32,000 nucleotides of DNA from Candidatus Saccharimonadota bacterium (GTDB lineage: Bacteria; Patescibacteriota; Gracilibacteria; UBA1369; 2-02-FULL-48-14): positions 1,020,001 to 1,052,000 of the forward strand of contig CP064962.1 in the NCBI GenBank assembly GCA_016699145.1, in the 5' to 3' direction. The notes under the pieces are model-generated. The model had not been told where the DNA came from. It worked only from the letters and a program-made list of their open reading frames with translations, and did no database searches. Positions 1 to 8,795 of the stretch are shown here, piece after piece (positions within the stretch are counted from its first letter, which is position 1; every line of letters starts with the position of its first letter). Position numbers and translations under genes: made by a program.

Positions 1-25
1 TAATCCTTAAAAAGTTAAAATAAAT

Positions 26-2275
26 ATGGGACAAGCAGCACGAAAACTCGACGGCTCAAGAGAGGTGCCCGATGCAGTGCCTGGTTCAGATCGCAGGAAC
101 CCTAGGCTTGATGAGATGAGAGGAGACCTTAAGAATCGTGTTCAAGATGTAATGGATAGAATGAAGCCCGCCAATGACGACGGTGCTTTTAGAGAAGAAG
201 CATCTCCCGCAGCAGAGGCGGGTGGAGGACATGGACATGGAGCTGCTACCAAGAAAAGTAAAAAGCCTACAATTCCCGAGTTGGGAGATGAAACGATTGC
301 TGATCTCATTGAAACAGGAACAACTGTCCGTGATTTTTACAGAAAATACAGAAAAGGAGAAGTCACTACTCCTGATATAGCTCGTCTTTTCAACGACGCT
401 TTGGATACTCTTGGTTTGGATAAACTGAGAGCCGGAAGCAATGTATACGCTTGGCTCATTGGCCTGGCGTTAGGAATTCCAAACCATCCTCCGGAAAAAA
501 TAACGCCAAACTATACCGATTTAACTGGACAAATTTTAGGTTTTCATCCAGATGAAGACAATCCACAATCGTACCACCACAGCGTAGAAGGTCTTATGGC
601 GACAATAAATGAGATGGATTTACACAGACACTATAGTCTCTTCTTTCATCAGCCCAACTTTACTAAGGCCCTAAGCACTGCCAAAGGGCAAAAAAAAGCA
701 AACGAACAGTTCTCAAAATTATTTGGACCGGATATCGAAACTCGAGCCCAGTTTTTAAATGAGTCTACGCAAGTCTTACTCAGACTGGGCTGTCACATCA
801 CCCCTGGACCTAATGCCGCAGATCCAACAGTTGGAGAACATATACATATTCACGACCTTCGTAATGTTCACGCCAACCATAGCCTCCACACTGTTGTGCA
901 AGCGATGCAAAATGCTCGTCAATGGGTTACTGAGGCCAACGTAGCTCAAATTGCAGAACCCGCTACTGAAGATGTGAAACTCAGTAAAGATATGCAAAAG
1001 TTTGGAGACACACTCATGGAGCATGTGAAAGGGAATACAGGTTTAGTCGTACAGTTCTTAGGCAACATAGAACCATTAGCTGCTTACGAAAAGGCCTTTC
1101 ATGCTCTTGCAAGCGATCAAGCTCTAGAAGAAGGAATGTATGAAGAGCCCGATGCAGTACGTGAACAAATTTGCCAGCTCTTTAACTTCTCGCCTAAAGA
1201 AAGAATCACCGCTGACGACCTCAACAGTTTCACTGAAGCACTGATAGGCCCCACACCTGCTCCAGCAACTGCTCCTTATCCTCTAGACCCAGACAACGGA
1301 GGAGCCTTAGGCCTATTAAGTGCAATCCCAGCAACGGATACTGTCACACGGGCAAAATGGGCTGCAATCAGGACTCGCATCAACGAAGCACGCGCTCGTT
1401 TATTAGCCACACCGACTGGGGCCACTCTTCCAGCTACCCGTTTGGGAGTGCTATTCCCACCAAAATCAGAGACCATCGACTACGCTAAATTTGGAAATCA
1501 ACTCGGAAAGGCAGTACGTGGCAAAACAGGGGTCAACCTTCGAAGAGCTCGTTCAGCCTTTTTACGTGGATGGGAACGAGATGAGTTCAGAGATCACTTT
1601 ATAAATCTTATGGATCCAACTCTCCTTACAGCCGTCTTGGATGGGACAAAGACCGATAAGGATGCACTCAAAACACAAATTGAAGAAGTGACAGGAGTAA
1701 AAGTCACTCGTATGACCCAGGCCTTATTTAGGAGTAGAATTCTAGCAAAAATGAATGAAATCGGAGATGGAACTCCAGGCAATGATGTAGATCCCGATGT
1801 AAGACTTAAACAAACGGCACTGAGAGCTATGTTATCACGACTCGCAAGAACAGTGCTTCCAAGCATTGACCCACTTTACCAAGAAGAAAGTTTGGAAAGA
1901 AACCTAGGAACCACCGTCAACGCAGCAACCCCCGCAAACCTTTCAGGAATTTTCGACAAACTCAATGCTGGCTTCTTTGTGCGCAATTACGGTTTACTCA
2001 ATCAAACTCCAGCCGCTGTGATGGCCCTAGCACCCGCACAACAACAACAATTCAAAGCGCAATTGGCAGGTTTCATTGGCGCACCTCGTAATTTGTCATG
2101 GAACGATGGGAACGTAACAACTTTGCTCGGGGAACTCACTCGTCAAGCTGCAGTAGCAGATCGTTTATCTCGAACAGGGACTCATGGAAATTCAGCACAC
2201 TTAAGGACATTCATTGCTCACGCAACTGGTTTTGTAGGCACACCCGTGATCCCTCACATGGCAACTTTGCCTTGA
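26..2275 (+). CDS. large hypothetical protein (749 aa), no recognisable domain, no signal peptide or TM helix
   Basis: Uninterrupted 2.25-kb ORF with an ATG start after an AT-rich leader. I recognise no family motif. His cluster EHIHIHDLRNVHANHSLH. Arg is encoded mostly by AGA/AGG, unlike neighbouring core genes (CGN). Confidence 0.6.
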   Translation: MGQAARKLDGSREVPDAVPGSDRRNPRLDEMRGDLKNRVQDVMDRMKPANDDGAFREEASPAAEAGGGHGHGAATKKSKKPTIPELGDETIADLIETGTTVRDFYRKYRKGEVTTPDIARLFNDALDTLGLDKLRAGSNVYAWLIGLALGIPNHPPEKITPNYTDLTGQILGFHPDEDNPQSYHHSVEGLMATINEMDLHRHYSLFFHQPNFTKALSTAKGQKKANEQFSKLFGPDIETRAQFLNESTQVLLRLGCHITPGPNAADPTVGEHIHIHDLRNVHANHSLHTVVQAMQNARQWVTEANVAQIAEPATEDVKLSKDMQKFGDTLMEHVKGNTGLVVQFLGNIEPLAAYEKAFHALASDQALEEGMYEEPDAVREQICQLFNFSPKERITADDLNSFTEALIGPTPAPATAPYPLDPDNGGALGLLSAIPATDTVTRAKWAAIRTRINEARARLLATPTGATLPATRLGVLFPPKSETIDYAKFGNQLGKAVRGKTGVNLRRARSAFLRGWERDEFRDHFINLMDPTLLTAVLDGTKTDKDALKTQIEEVTGVKVTRMTQALFRSRILAKMNEIGDGTPGNDVDPDVRLKQTALRAMLSRLARTVLPSIDPLYQEESLERNLGTTVNAATPANLSGIFDKLNAGFFVRNYGLLNQTPAAVMALAPAQQQQFKAQLAGFIGAPRNLSWNDGNVTTLLGELTRQAAVADRLSRTGTHGNSAHLRTFIAHATGFVGTPVIPHMATLP

Positions 2276-2294
2276 TGAAGCTCTTCCGCTAAAC

Positions 2295-2327
2295 TAAGCT
2301 CACTCTTTCGCCAAATTTGTGAGCTTA
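2295..2327 (+). promoter_or_regulatory. 9-bp stem / 15-nt loop hairpin spanning the ftsW GTG start codon
   Basis: taagctcac (2295-2303) is the exact reverse complement of gtgagctta (2319-2327). The 3' arm contains the first possible start codon (GTG 2319) of the ftsW ORF. No T-run follows. Confidence 0.35.
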
Positions 2328-3563
2328 TTCAAGAACCAAAAATACGACCGTGTGCTTTTACTGGCGGTTTTGGCTTTAGTGCTCATTGGAGTGGTGATGA
2401 TCACCTCGATTGGAGTACCCAAATCCATCCGACTGTCTGCCCCCGACTTGGCTTATGGGAACTGTGCCGATGCAGCCGTGGACTGCTATCTGATTTTGAA
2501 AAAACACGTGGTGCGGGCGGCTTTAGGTCTCGTGGCCATGCTCATTGCGTGGAAAATGCCCTACAAAGCATGGAAAACACTGGCTCCCCTTTTTTACATC
2601 GCGGGGGTGGCCTTGCTGGTTTACGTGCTCGCCGCTGGAGACGAAAATGGAACTTTTGCAAAGAGCTGGATCAATTTGCCCGCCCTGCCTTTCATCGACT
2701 CTGTACAGCCTTCTGAAATCGCTAAATTGGGACTGATCTTCTACCTCAGTTATTTTTTATCCGAAAAAATTTCCTACGAAAAACTTCAAGATTTTAAAGA
2801 AGGATTTTTAAAATTCGCACTCATCGCGGGGCTCATCATTGGGCTCATTGTATCCCAACCGGATGTGGGTTCCGCCATCATTTTGGCCGCCATCGCTGGA
2901 GTGATTTATTACATTGCAGGGGCGAACATAAAACACATCGCGGTGGTGCTGGGCATCGGAGCATTTTTTGCGCTCATTGCGTTCAGCACCCAAGACCACA
3001 TCCAAACGCGCGTACAGGCCTTCTTTCAACCTGTTTCAGAGTGCGATGGAGAAGATTATTGCTGGCAAACCAAGCAAGCCAACATCGCCATTGGGAGCGG
3101 AGGATTTTGGGGCAAAGGACTCACGCAAGGCATTCAAAAATCCTTTTGGTTGCCCCAAGCCGTGGATGATTTTATTTTCGCAGCAACGGCAGAGGAATTG
3201 GGCTTCGTGCGCATGTCGCTCATTGTGCTTTTGTACGCGACGATTGCCTATCGCGGCTTTCAAATCGCGAGTCACGCTCCCAATAAATTCAGCATGCTGC
3301 TCGCCACGGGAATCAGCACCTGGATTACCATCCAAGCTTTCGTTAATATCATGGTGAACACCGCGCTGTTCCCCATCACGGGAATCACGCTGCCGTTCAT
3401 GAGTTATGGAGGTTCTTCAATGGTGATGACTCTCTTTGCCATCGGGGTGCTGCTCAACATTTCACAAAGCTATGCAAAAAACGAATATAGTGCTGACAGG
3501 AGGAGGTACGGCCGGGCACGTTATACCCAACCTCGCTATAGCGGACGCTATTCGCGCCTTTGA
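2319..3563 (+). CDS. ftsW: SEDS-family peptidoglycan glycosyltransferase FtsW/RodA
   Basis: 414-aa polytopic membrane ORF with SEDS motifs (GSGGFWGKGL, WLPQAVDDFIFAATAEELGF, PFMSYGGSS). Lies immediately upstream of murG. GTG start. Confidence 0.88.
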   Translation: MSLFKNQKYDRVLLLAVLALVLIGVVMITSIGVPKSIRLSAPDLAYGNCADAAVDCYLILKKHVVRAALGLVAMLIAWKMPYKAWKTLAPLFYIAGVALLVYVLAAGDENGTFAKSWINLPALPFIDSVQPSEIAKLGLIFYLSYFLSEKISYEKLQDFKEGFLKFALIAGLIIGLIVSQPDVGSAIILAAIAGVIYYIAGANIKHIAVVLGIGAFFALIAFSTQDHIQTRVQAFFQPVSECDGEDYCWQTKQANIAIGSGGFWGKGLTQGIQKSFWLPQAVDDFIFAATAEELGFVRMSLIVLLYATIAYRGFQIASHAPNKFSMLLATGISTWITIQAFVNIMVNTALFPITGITLPFMSYGGSSMVMTLFAIGVLLNISQSYAKNEYSADRRRYGRARYTQPRYSGRYSRL

Positions 3564-4521
3564 ACCCAAGGCCGCGCTCTTTTATTTGGGCTCTAAAAAC
3601 GGCATTGAAAAGACGCTCGTCGCTCAGGCAGAAATCCCTTACACGGCCATTAGCACTGGAAAAATGCGGCGTTATTTTGATTTGCAAAATTTCTTGGATC
3701 TTTTTCGCATTCCTTGGGGAGTGGTGGAGGCGTGGTGGAAGCTCGGCTCCCTGCATCCTGCGGTCTTATTCAGCAAAGGGGGCTTCGTCGCCTTCCCAGT
3801 GGTTTTAGCGGCTTGGCTCAGACGTGTGCCCATTGTGATCCACGATTCAGATGCGATTCCGGGGCTGGCCACTCGGCTTTCGGCACCCTTCGCTCAAAAA
3901 ATCATTTTGGCCCATGAAACAGCACACATGCATCTGACCGCTTACGAAAAAAAAATCGAAGTTGTGGGGAACCCTGTGCGACTTTCCCTTTACGAAGGCA
4001 GCATTAAAAAAGGACAAAAATGGACGGGCTTCACTGGCAAAAAACCCGTGCTGCTGGTGATGGGTGGAAGCAGCGGTTCGCAACAACTCAATACCTTGGT
4101 GGAAAAAGAAAAAAAACAATTATTGGAACATTTTGATGTGATCCACATCAGTGGGCAAACACGAAAGAAATTTCTTAAAGAAAAACATTGGATTGAATTT
4201 CCATACGTGGACAAAGGCATGAACGACCTCTACGCGCTCGCTTCGCTCGCGCTCACTCGTGCCGGCGCCAACACCCTGGCCGAATTGCATGCGCTTCAAA
4301 TTCCTGCTCTGCTTTACCCGCTGGGCCGGCACGCGAGTCGTGGCGATCAAATCGCCAACGCCCAGGTCATGTGTCTGGAATCAGAGCTCTTTCAAATCGC
4401 CGATGAAACAGAAGCAGCTCTGCCACAATTGCTCACCTTACCTCTTCGCCCCGCAAAACATGTGACGAGCACCGTCACCGAAAAAATCGCATGGCAACTC
4501 CTTTCTTATTTCCATGACTGA
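3472..4521 (+). CDS. murG: undecaprenyldiphospho-muramoylpentapeptide beta-N-acetylglucosaminyltransferase MurG
   Basis: N-terminal G-loop VLTGGGTAGHVIPNLAIADAI and C-terminal GGSSGSQQLN / TRAGANTLAEL motifs. I chose ATG 3472 (MQKTNIV...) rather than the ORF-track start at 3436. Confidence 0.9.
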   Translation: MQKTNIVLTGGGTAGHVIPNLAIADAIRAFEPKAALFYLGSKNGIEKTLVAQAEIPYTAISTGKMRRYFDLQNFLDLFRIPWGVVEAWWKLGSLHPAVLFSKGGFVAFPVVLAAWLRRVPIVIHDSDAIPGLATRLSAPFAQKIILAHETAHMHLTAYEKKIEVVGNPVRLSLYEGSIKKGQKWTGFTGKKPVLLVMGGSSGSQQLNTLVEKEKKQLLEHFDVIHISGQTRKKFLKEKHWIEFPYVDKGMNDLYALASLALTRAGANTLAELHALQIPALLYPLGRHASRGDQIANAQVMCLESELFQIADETEAALPQLLTLPLRPAKHVTSTVTEKIAWQLLSYFHD

Positions 4522-5668
4522 ATCGCATCCAACTCGTAAAAAAAAGACGAACCTTCGCCTCGGTTTTCAAGGCTGGTTCCTAACGCAGCCACACACTGGA
4601 ATTGGTCGGCATTGCAAGGGTCTCATTGAAGCCTTGCTCCGCCAAAAGATGCAGCTCACGGTCTTGCTTCCCAAAGCCTTGCCAGCAGCAGAACTCCAGA
4701 GCATGGGCCTAAAAAAAACACAAGTTCACGTCATAAAACCGCTCGCTTTTCTGCCTCATCTCGGCCTGAAAAAATGGTTTTGGGAAAAGGTGCAAGTGCC
4801 TGCTTTTTTCTTCCACCTCAATGTGGATTGGGAATATTATCCCTACCCGTGCCCTTTGCCAAACGTCAGTCCTCACCGCCGGGCGATGACCGTTCACGAT
4901 CTCATTTTGTGGAAAGATCCTCGCTATCAAGGCAATGCCCTGAAAAAAAAGTACCACCGTGAAGCCCGACGCACTCTCATTCACATGGATCAATTGTTCA
5001 GCGTCTCCAAGGCCACTCAGCATGAATTGGGCATCCCGGCAGCACTGCTTCTGCCCAATGCCGTAAAAATCCCTTCACCCGCTGCGCGGCCCTCAAAAAC
5101 CCAAAAGAAGCATAAAGATCTGGTTTATTTGGGCGGCTATGAATTGCGTAAACGCGTGCCTTTGCTGGTGGAACGCTTTTTGGAGTACCATAAAAAGCAT
5201 CCCGAATCTCGCCTGATTCTCGTTGGGGAGCCTCATCAAAAATCCAAACTGTATCCGGCTTTACCCAAGCATTCGGCATTGATTTCACTGGGCCCTAAAT
5301 CCGATGCCGAGGCCTTTCAATTGCTGCAAAATGCCTTTGCATTTGTACATGCTTCTGACAGTGAAGGTTTCAATTTGCCTTTACTCGAAGCCATGCTCGC
5401 CGGCACCCCGGCCGTGGTCACCGATTTGCCCGTGAACCGAGAAGTGTCCAAAGAAACGGCGCTGTTTTGGAATCCCTCGAAAAAAAACGCGTTAGACGCT
5501 ATACTGAAACCACTGGAAAACTCAGCTCAAAGACAAGCCCAAATCCATCGTCAAAAAAAAGCGGCTCAAACGTACTCTTGGGATCGCACCGCTCACCTTT
5601 TAATTCAAGCCTTAAGCTCGCATGAAAACTCCAAAAACACTGCGCTTTCCGGGACAAAAAAACAATGA
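4514..5668 (+). CDS. GT-B fold glycosyltransferase (family 1/GT4-like)
   Basis: C-terminal EGFNLPLLEAMLAGTPAVVTD signature region of GT4 enzymes. Start overlaps the murG stop by 8 nt. Confidence 0.8.
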   Translation: MTESHPTRKKKTNLRLGFQGWFLTQPHTGIGRHCKGLIEALLRQKMQLTVLLPKALPAAELQSMGLKKTQVHVIKPLAFLPHLGLKKWFWEKVQVPAFFFHLNVDWEYYPYPCPLPNVSPHRRAMTVHDLILWKDPRYQGNALKKKYHREARRTLIHMDQLFSVSKATQHELGIPAALLLPNAVKIPSPAARPSKTQKKHKDLVYLGGYELRKRVPLLVERFLEYHKKHPESRLILVGEPHQKSKLYPALPKHSALISLGPKSDAEAFQLLQNAFAFVHASDSEGFNLPLLEAMLAGTPAVVTDLPVNREVSKETALFWNPSKKNALDAILKPLENSAQRQAQIHRQKKAAQTYSWDRTAHLLIQALSSHENSKNTALSGTKKQ

Positions 5669-6158
5669 AAAAATCCAGTTGCTCGTGCGCAAACATTGGA
5701 TCATTGACGTAAAAATTTCGGCTATTTTTCTCATCATTGGAATTCTGCCTTTGCTCCTTGGAATTTGGTTTGGAGAAATCCTCTGGGCCTCCACTCATGG
5801 GACTGTTTTTTGGACTTATCTTTTAGTTTTTTTAGTTTACGCTTTATTCATTCTGCTTTTTGTTTACTTGCGTTGGCTGAATGAAGAATTGGACATTGTG
5901 ATTGTGACCAACGAACGCATCATTTCTCACAATCAAATCGATCTTTTTCATCGACAAATTTCAGAAGCTTTGGTCGAGGATATTCAAGACATCAAAGGCA
6001 TTGAACAGGGCCTACTAGGCCATCTCTTGCATTTTGGAGCCATGGAAATCACCACGTCTTCCAATCAACAATTTTTTGCCATCAAAAACATAGAGGATCC
6101 TCACGGCAACACTCGTGCTATGCTGGACGTGCGAGACCAATGCGCCATTCACTCCTAA
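5622..6158 (+). CDS. membrane protein with bacterial PH-like (bPH_2/YdbS-like) domain
   Basis: Two predicted TM helices (ISAIFLIIGILPLLLGIWF, FWTYLLVFLVYALFILLFVYL) followed by a VTNERII...G..L..G.MEITT pattern reminiscent of bPH_2. Overlaps the upstream gene by 47 nt. Confidence 0.5.
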   Translation: MKTPKTLRFPGQKNNEKIQLLVRKHWIIDVKISAIFLIIGILPLLLGIWFGEILWASTHGTVFWTYLLVFLVYALFILLFVYLRWLNEELDIVIVTNERIISHNQIDLFHRQISEALVEDIQDIKGIEQGLLGHLLHFGAMEITTSSNQQFFAIKNIEDPHGNTRAMLDVRDQCAIHS

Positions 6159-6160
6159 TC

Positions 6161-6643
6161 ATGCCCAATTTCATCCTTTTCTTTGCCGGCCTATTCGTTC
6201 TTGCGTTCATCGCTTTGCTGTGGCTCAGACAAACTTTAATGCATCATTTGGATCAATTGAAGCACCACCAAGACATTTTAAAAAAAGACTTGGAAAAAGT
6301 CCGGGACTTAACGCCTTTTTTGTTGGAGGGCGCTCGAGAAGGGGAAGGGGTGACGGATGCATGGAATTTTTTGGTACAGAAAAGGGCCGCATTTCTAAAC
6401 CCCAGCAGCTTGGCTCAAGACTTTGAATTTGAAAAAGACGTGCAACATTTCATTGCCAATTCTACTTTAAAAAACGTGATGTATTTAGAGGCCAAAAAGG
6501 ATCTCACGGAATTGTTTAAACTCATCCAAGAACAAAAAGAAAAAATGAGTGTGCTGATTCAAAAATTCAATCATATAAGAAAGCAATTCCCCTATTCACT
6601 GGCTTCTGGTATCTTCGGCATCCGCGAAGTGAACCCTTTATGA
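6161..6643 (+). CDS. LemA-like membrane protein
   Basis: N-terminal TM helix (FILFFAGLFVLAFIALLWL) and a C-terminal FNHIRKQFPYSLASGIFGI segment resembling the LemA YN..I..FP.N..A..FGF motif. ATG 6161 starts right after the upstream stop; ATG 6140 is an alternative start. Confidence 0.5.
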   Translation: MPNFILFFAGLFVLAFIALLWLRQTLMHHLDQLKHHQDILKKDLEKVRDLTPFLLEGAREGEGVTDAWNFLVQKRAAFLNPSSLAQDFEFEKDVQHFIANSTLKNVMYLEAKKDLTELFKLIQEQKEKMSVLIQKFNHIRKQFPYSLASGIFGIREVNPL

Positions 6644-8091
6644 AATACGCAATTCAAACCTACGGCTGCGCCATGAATTATTCCGACTCCGAGCGGGTGG
6701 CTAGCGTTTTGGAGCGCCTGGGCTATGTGGCCACCCAAGCTGCCAATGCTCAAGCTTCTCAGCCTGAAGCCTTCGACAGTGAAGCGGATGTGCTGGTACT
6801 CAACACTTGCAGTGTCAAACAAAAAGCCGAAGATCGAGTGTATGGACTGCGCAAAGTCATGGCCCGTCTGCACAAGGAAAACCCTCGCATAAAAATCGCC
6901 GTGACCGGCTGCATGATCAAAAAAACTTCCACTCAAAAAACTGCCCGTGACGAAGAAGGGGAGCTCATTGACGAACTGAAAAGTGAGCGTGATCCCATCC
7001 TCACCACCCTACCGGAAGTGGACATCGCTTTGCGCATTGAAGACGTGGCCAAGCTCCCCAACTTGCTGCAAGAAGTGGATCCAAATCTCAAGTTCAGCGA
7101 CCAGCTCGACGAAGGCACTTTAGAAAATTATTTTCAAATCGCACCTAAAAAATCCACGAATTATTCAGTGTTTGTGCCCATCACCACGGGCTGCGACAAA
7201 TTTTGTACTTACTGCATTGTCCCCTTCACTCGCGGCCGCGAAAAAAGCCGCGACTTTGATGAAATTCTTGCCGAATGCCAAAAACACGTGCAGGAAGGGG
7301 CGGTGGAAATCACGCTTGTAGGGCAAACGGTGAATTCTTATGGACTCAGTTTCAACGATAAAAAATCTGGCACGTTTGCTCGCTTCGGACTCAATGCCGC
7401 CGGAAAACCTTCCAGCCCCTTTGCCGCCTTGCTGCGCGAGGTGGACAGACTTTCCGAAAAAGGCCTCAAGCGCCTCCGCTTCACCTCGCCCCACCCTCGC
7501 GATTTTTCTGATGAACTCATTGAAACGCTCGCCAGTCTCAAAACAATTTGTCCCTACATCCATATGCCTGTGCAGTCCGGCGACGATGCCGTTTTGCGTC
7601 GCATGAATCGCAACTACCGCACACCCGAATACAAAGAAATCATGCACAAAATAAAGGCTGCCATTCCCGGTTGCGCCATCAGCACCGACATCATTGTGGG
7701 TTTCTGTGGCGAGACGGAGGAAGAATTTGAAAACACTTACAAAATGTACGAAGAAATGGAATGGGACATGTGCTTCCTTTCTCGTTATTCACCACGCAAA
7801 GGCACTTACTCACAGCGCACCCTACCCGACGACGTGAGCTACGATGAAAAGGCCACTCGCTGGCACCGCCTCAATGACTTGCTCACCCAAACGGCCGCCA
7901 AAAAACACGCGGCTTTCCTCGGCAAAACCGTAGAAGTTTTAGTCACCGAACAAATCGGACAAACCTGCCGTGGCCGCACACCCGAGTTCAAAGAAATCCA
8001 GTTCCGCAGTGGTCGCCCTCTCGTTGGAAAATTCGCAAATGTGCTCGTCACCGAAACCGCCGACTTTTACTTGAAAGGGGAATTGGCGTAA
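6640..8091 (+). CDS. miaB: tRNA (i6A37) methylthiotransferase MiaB-like radical SAM enzyme
   Basis: N-terminal MTTase domain (IQTYGCAMNYSDSE), radical-SAM GCDKFCTYCIVP CxxxCxxC motif and a C-terminal TRAM-like domain. ATGA overlap with the upstream gene. Confidence 0.85.
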   Translation: MKYAIQTYGCAMNYSDSERVASVLERLGYVATQAANAQASQPEAFDSEADVLVLNTCSVKQKAEDRVYGLRKVMARLHKENPRIKIAVTGCMIKKTSTQKTARDEEGELIDELKSERDPILTTLPEVDIALRIEDVAKLPNLLQEVDPNLKFSDQLDEGTLENYFQIAPKKSTNYSVFVPITTGCDKFCTYCIVPFTRGREKSRDFDEILAECQKHVQEGAVEITLVGQTVNSYGLSFNDKKSGTFARFGLNAAGKPSSPFAALLREVDRLSEKGLKRLRFTSPHPRDFSDELIETLASLKTICPYIHMPVQSGDDAVLRRMNRNYRTPEYKEIMHKIKAAIPGCAISTDIIVGFCGETEEEFENTYKMYEEMEWDMCFLSRYSPRKGTYSQRTLPDDVSYDEKATRWHRLNDLLTQTAAKKHAAFLGKTVEVLVTEQIGQTCRGRTPEFKEIQFRSGRPLVGKFANVLVTETADFYLKGELA

Positions 8092-8094
8092 AGG

Positions 8095-8436
8095 TCACTT
8101 CATTTTTAAATATCCAAATAAAGCGACTTCAACTTCTTTGAGTTTTTTCTTTTTCAACTTTCCAAAAACACGACGAATGATACTCTTTTTTAAACTGATG
8201 ATTTTACTGGGACGAATGTAAGATTGAACAGGCAAACTGCCCTGTGCCATATCGTGATCGTTCAATTTGATTTGATTTTTTTTAGAACTTTGACTGGTCA
8301 CTGCGACCAAAATACAATCTTCGCCTTTCAGTGTTTTGTTGGAAACAACAAGAGCAGGGCGACTCTTTACTGCACTCAAGTCGCTGAAAGGGAAAGGAAC
8401 GAGGACAAGATCTCCTTGCTGAAGTTTTATAGTCAT
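8095..8436 (-). CDS. mazF: MazF/PemK-family type II toxin (endoribonuclease)
   Basis: GDLVLVPFPFSDLSAVKSRPALVVS...ILVAVTSQ pattern typical of PemK/MazF. ATG 8436 overlaps the antitoxin stop (ATGA). Confidence 0.8.
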   Translation of the reverse strand: MTIKLQQGDLVLVPFPFSDLSAVKSRPALVVSNKTLKGEDCILVAVTSQSSKKNQIKLNDHDMAQGSLPVQSYIRPSKIISLKKSIIRRVFGKLKKKKLKEVEVALFGYLKMK

Positions 8437-8678
8437 TTTTGATCCAAATGGTTTTGATAAACATCGTCTGCATTTGTGGACCAAAAATCAAAACTCGATT
8501 CGGCCAAAGCATTAAAATCTTCCAAATCGTCCTCTAATACTTTGATTTCAATGGGCTTAAGGACAAAGCAATTGCTTTTCTCTTCCAACAAGCATTTTTG
8601 ATGTTTGAATTTTCGCCTCTCCGAAACAGGAATGGTGATTTGTCCTTTGGGAGAAATGCTGAGGATATAAGAAGCCAT
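8433..8678 (-). CDS. mazE: AbrB/SpoVT(MazE)-type antitoxin
   Basis: N-terminal SPKGQITIPVSERRKF swapped-hairpin motif and an acidic C-terminal tail. Located immediately upstream of the MazF-like gene and translationally coupled to it. Confidence 0.7.
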   Translation of the reverse strand: MASYILSISPKGQITIPVSERRKFKHQKCLLEEKSNCFVLKPIEIKVLEDDLEDFNALAESSFDFWSTNADDVYQNHLDQK

Positions 8679-8682
8679 AAAA

Positions 8683-8725
8683 GTAAAATTATTTTACATT
8701 TTTACTTTACACTTTTTTACTTTTC
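8683..8725. promoter_or_regulatory. putative operator/promoter region of the mazEF-like operon (divergent from the ada-like gene)
   Basis: Perfect palindrome GTAAAAT-T-ATTTTAC at 8683-8697, 5 nt from the mazE start. Direct repeats TTTTTACTTT at 8699-8708 and 8714-8723. Confidence 0.4.
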
Positions 8726-8795
8726 TAATCAATAAATAAAAGCAAGAATCGGATTGCTGAAAAACAAACAAACAATTAACCTGCAAACAGTTTTT

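Noticed and set aside
3436-3471. Longer ORF-track starts: murG 3436, mazF 8484, ada-like 8754 (TTG), purP 23053 (TTG), M23 peptidase 18194, SLH 24199, DUF4012 13148, antitoxin 27539 and Cys-rich A 30645
   Set aside because: The internal ATGs give N-termini that match family expectations or signal peptides. They also create tidy ATGA/GTGA overlaps or abutments with upstream genes, whereas the extensions add non-conserved residues or run into the IS end.
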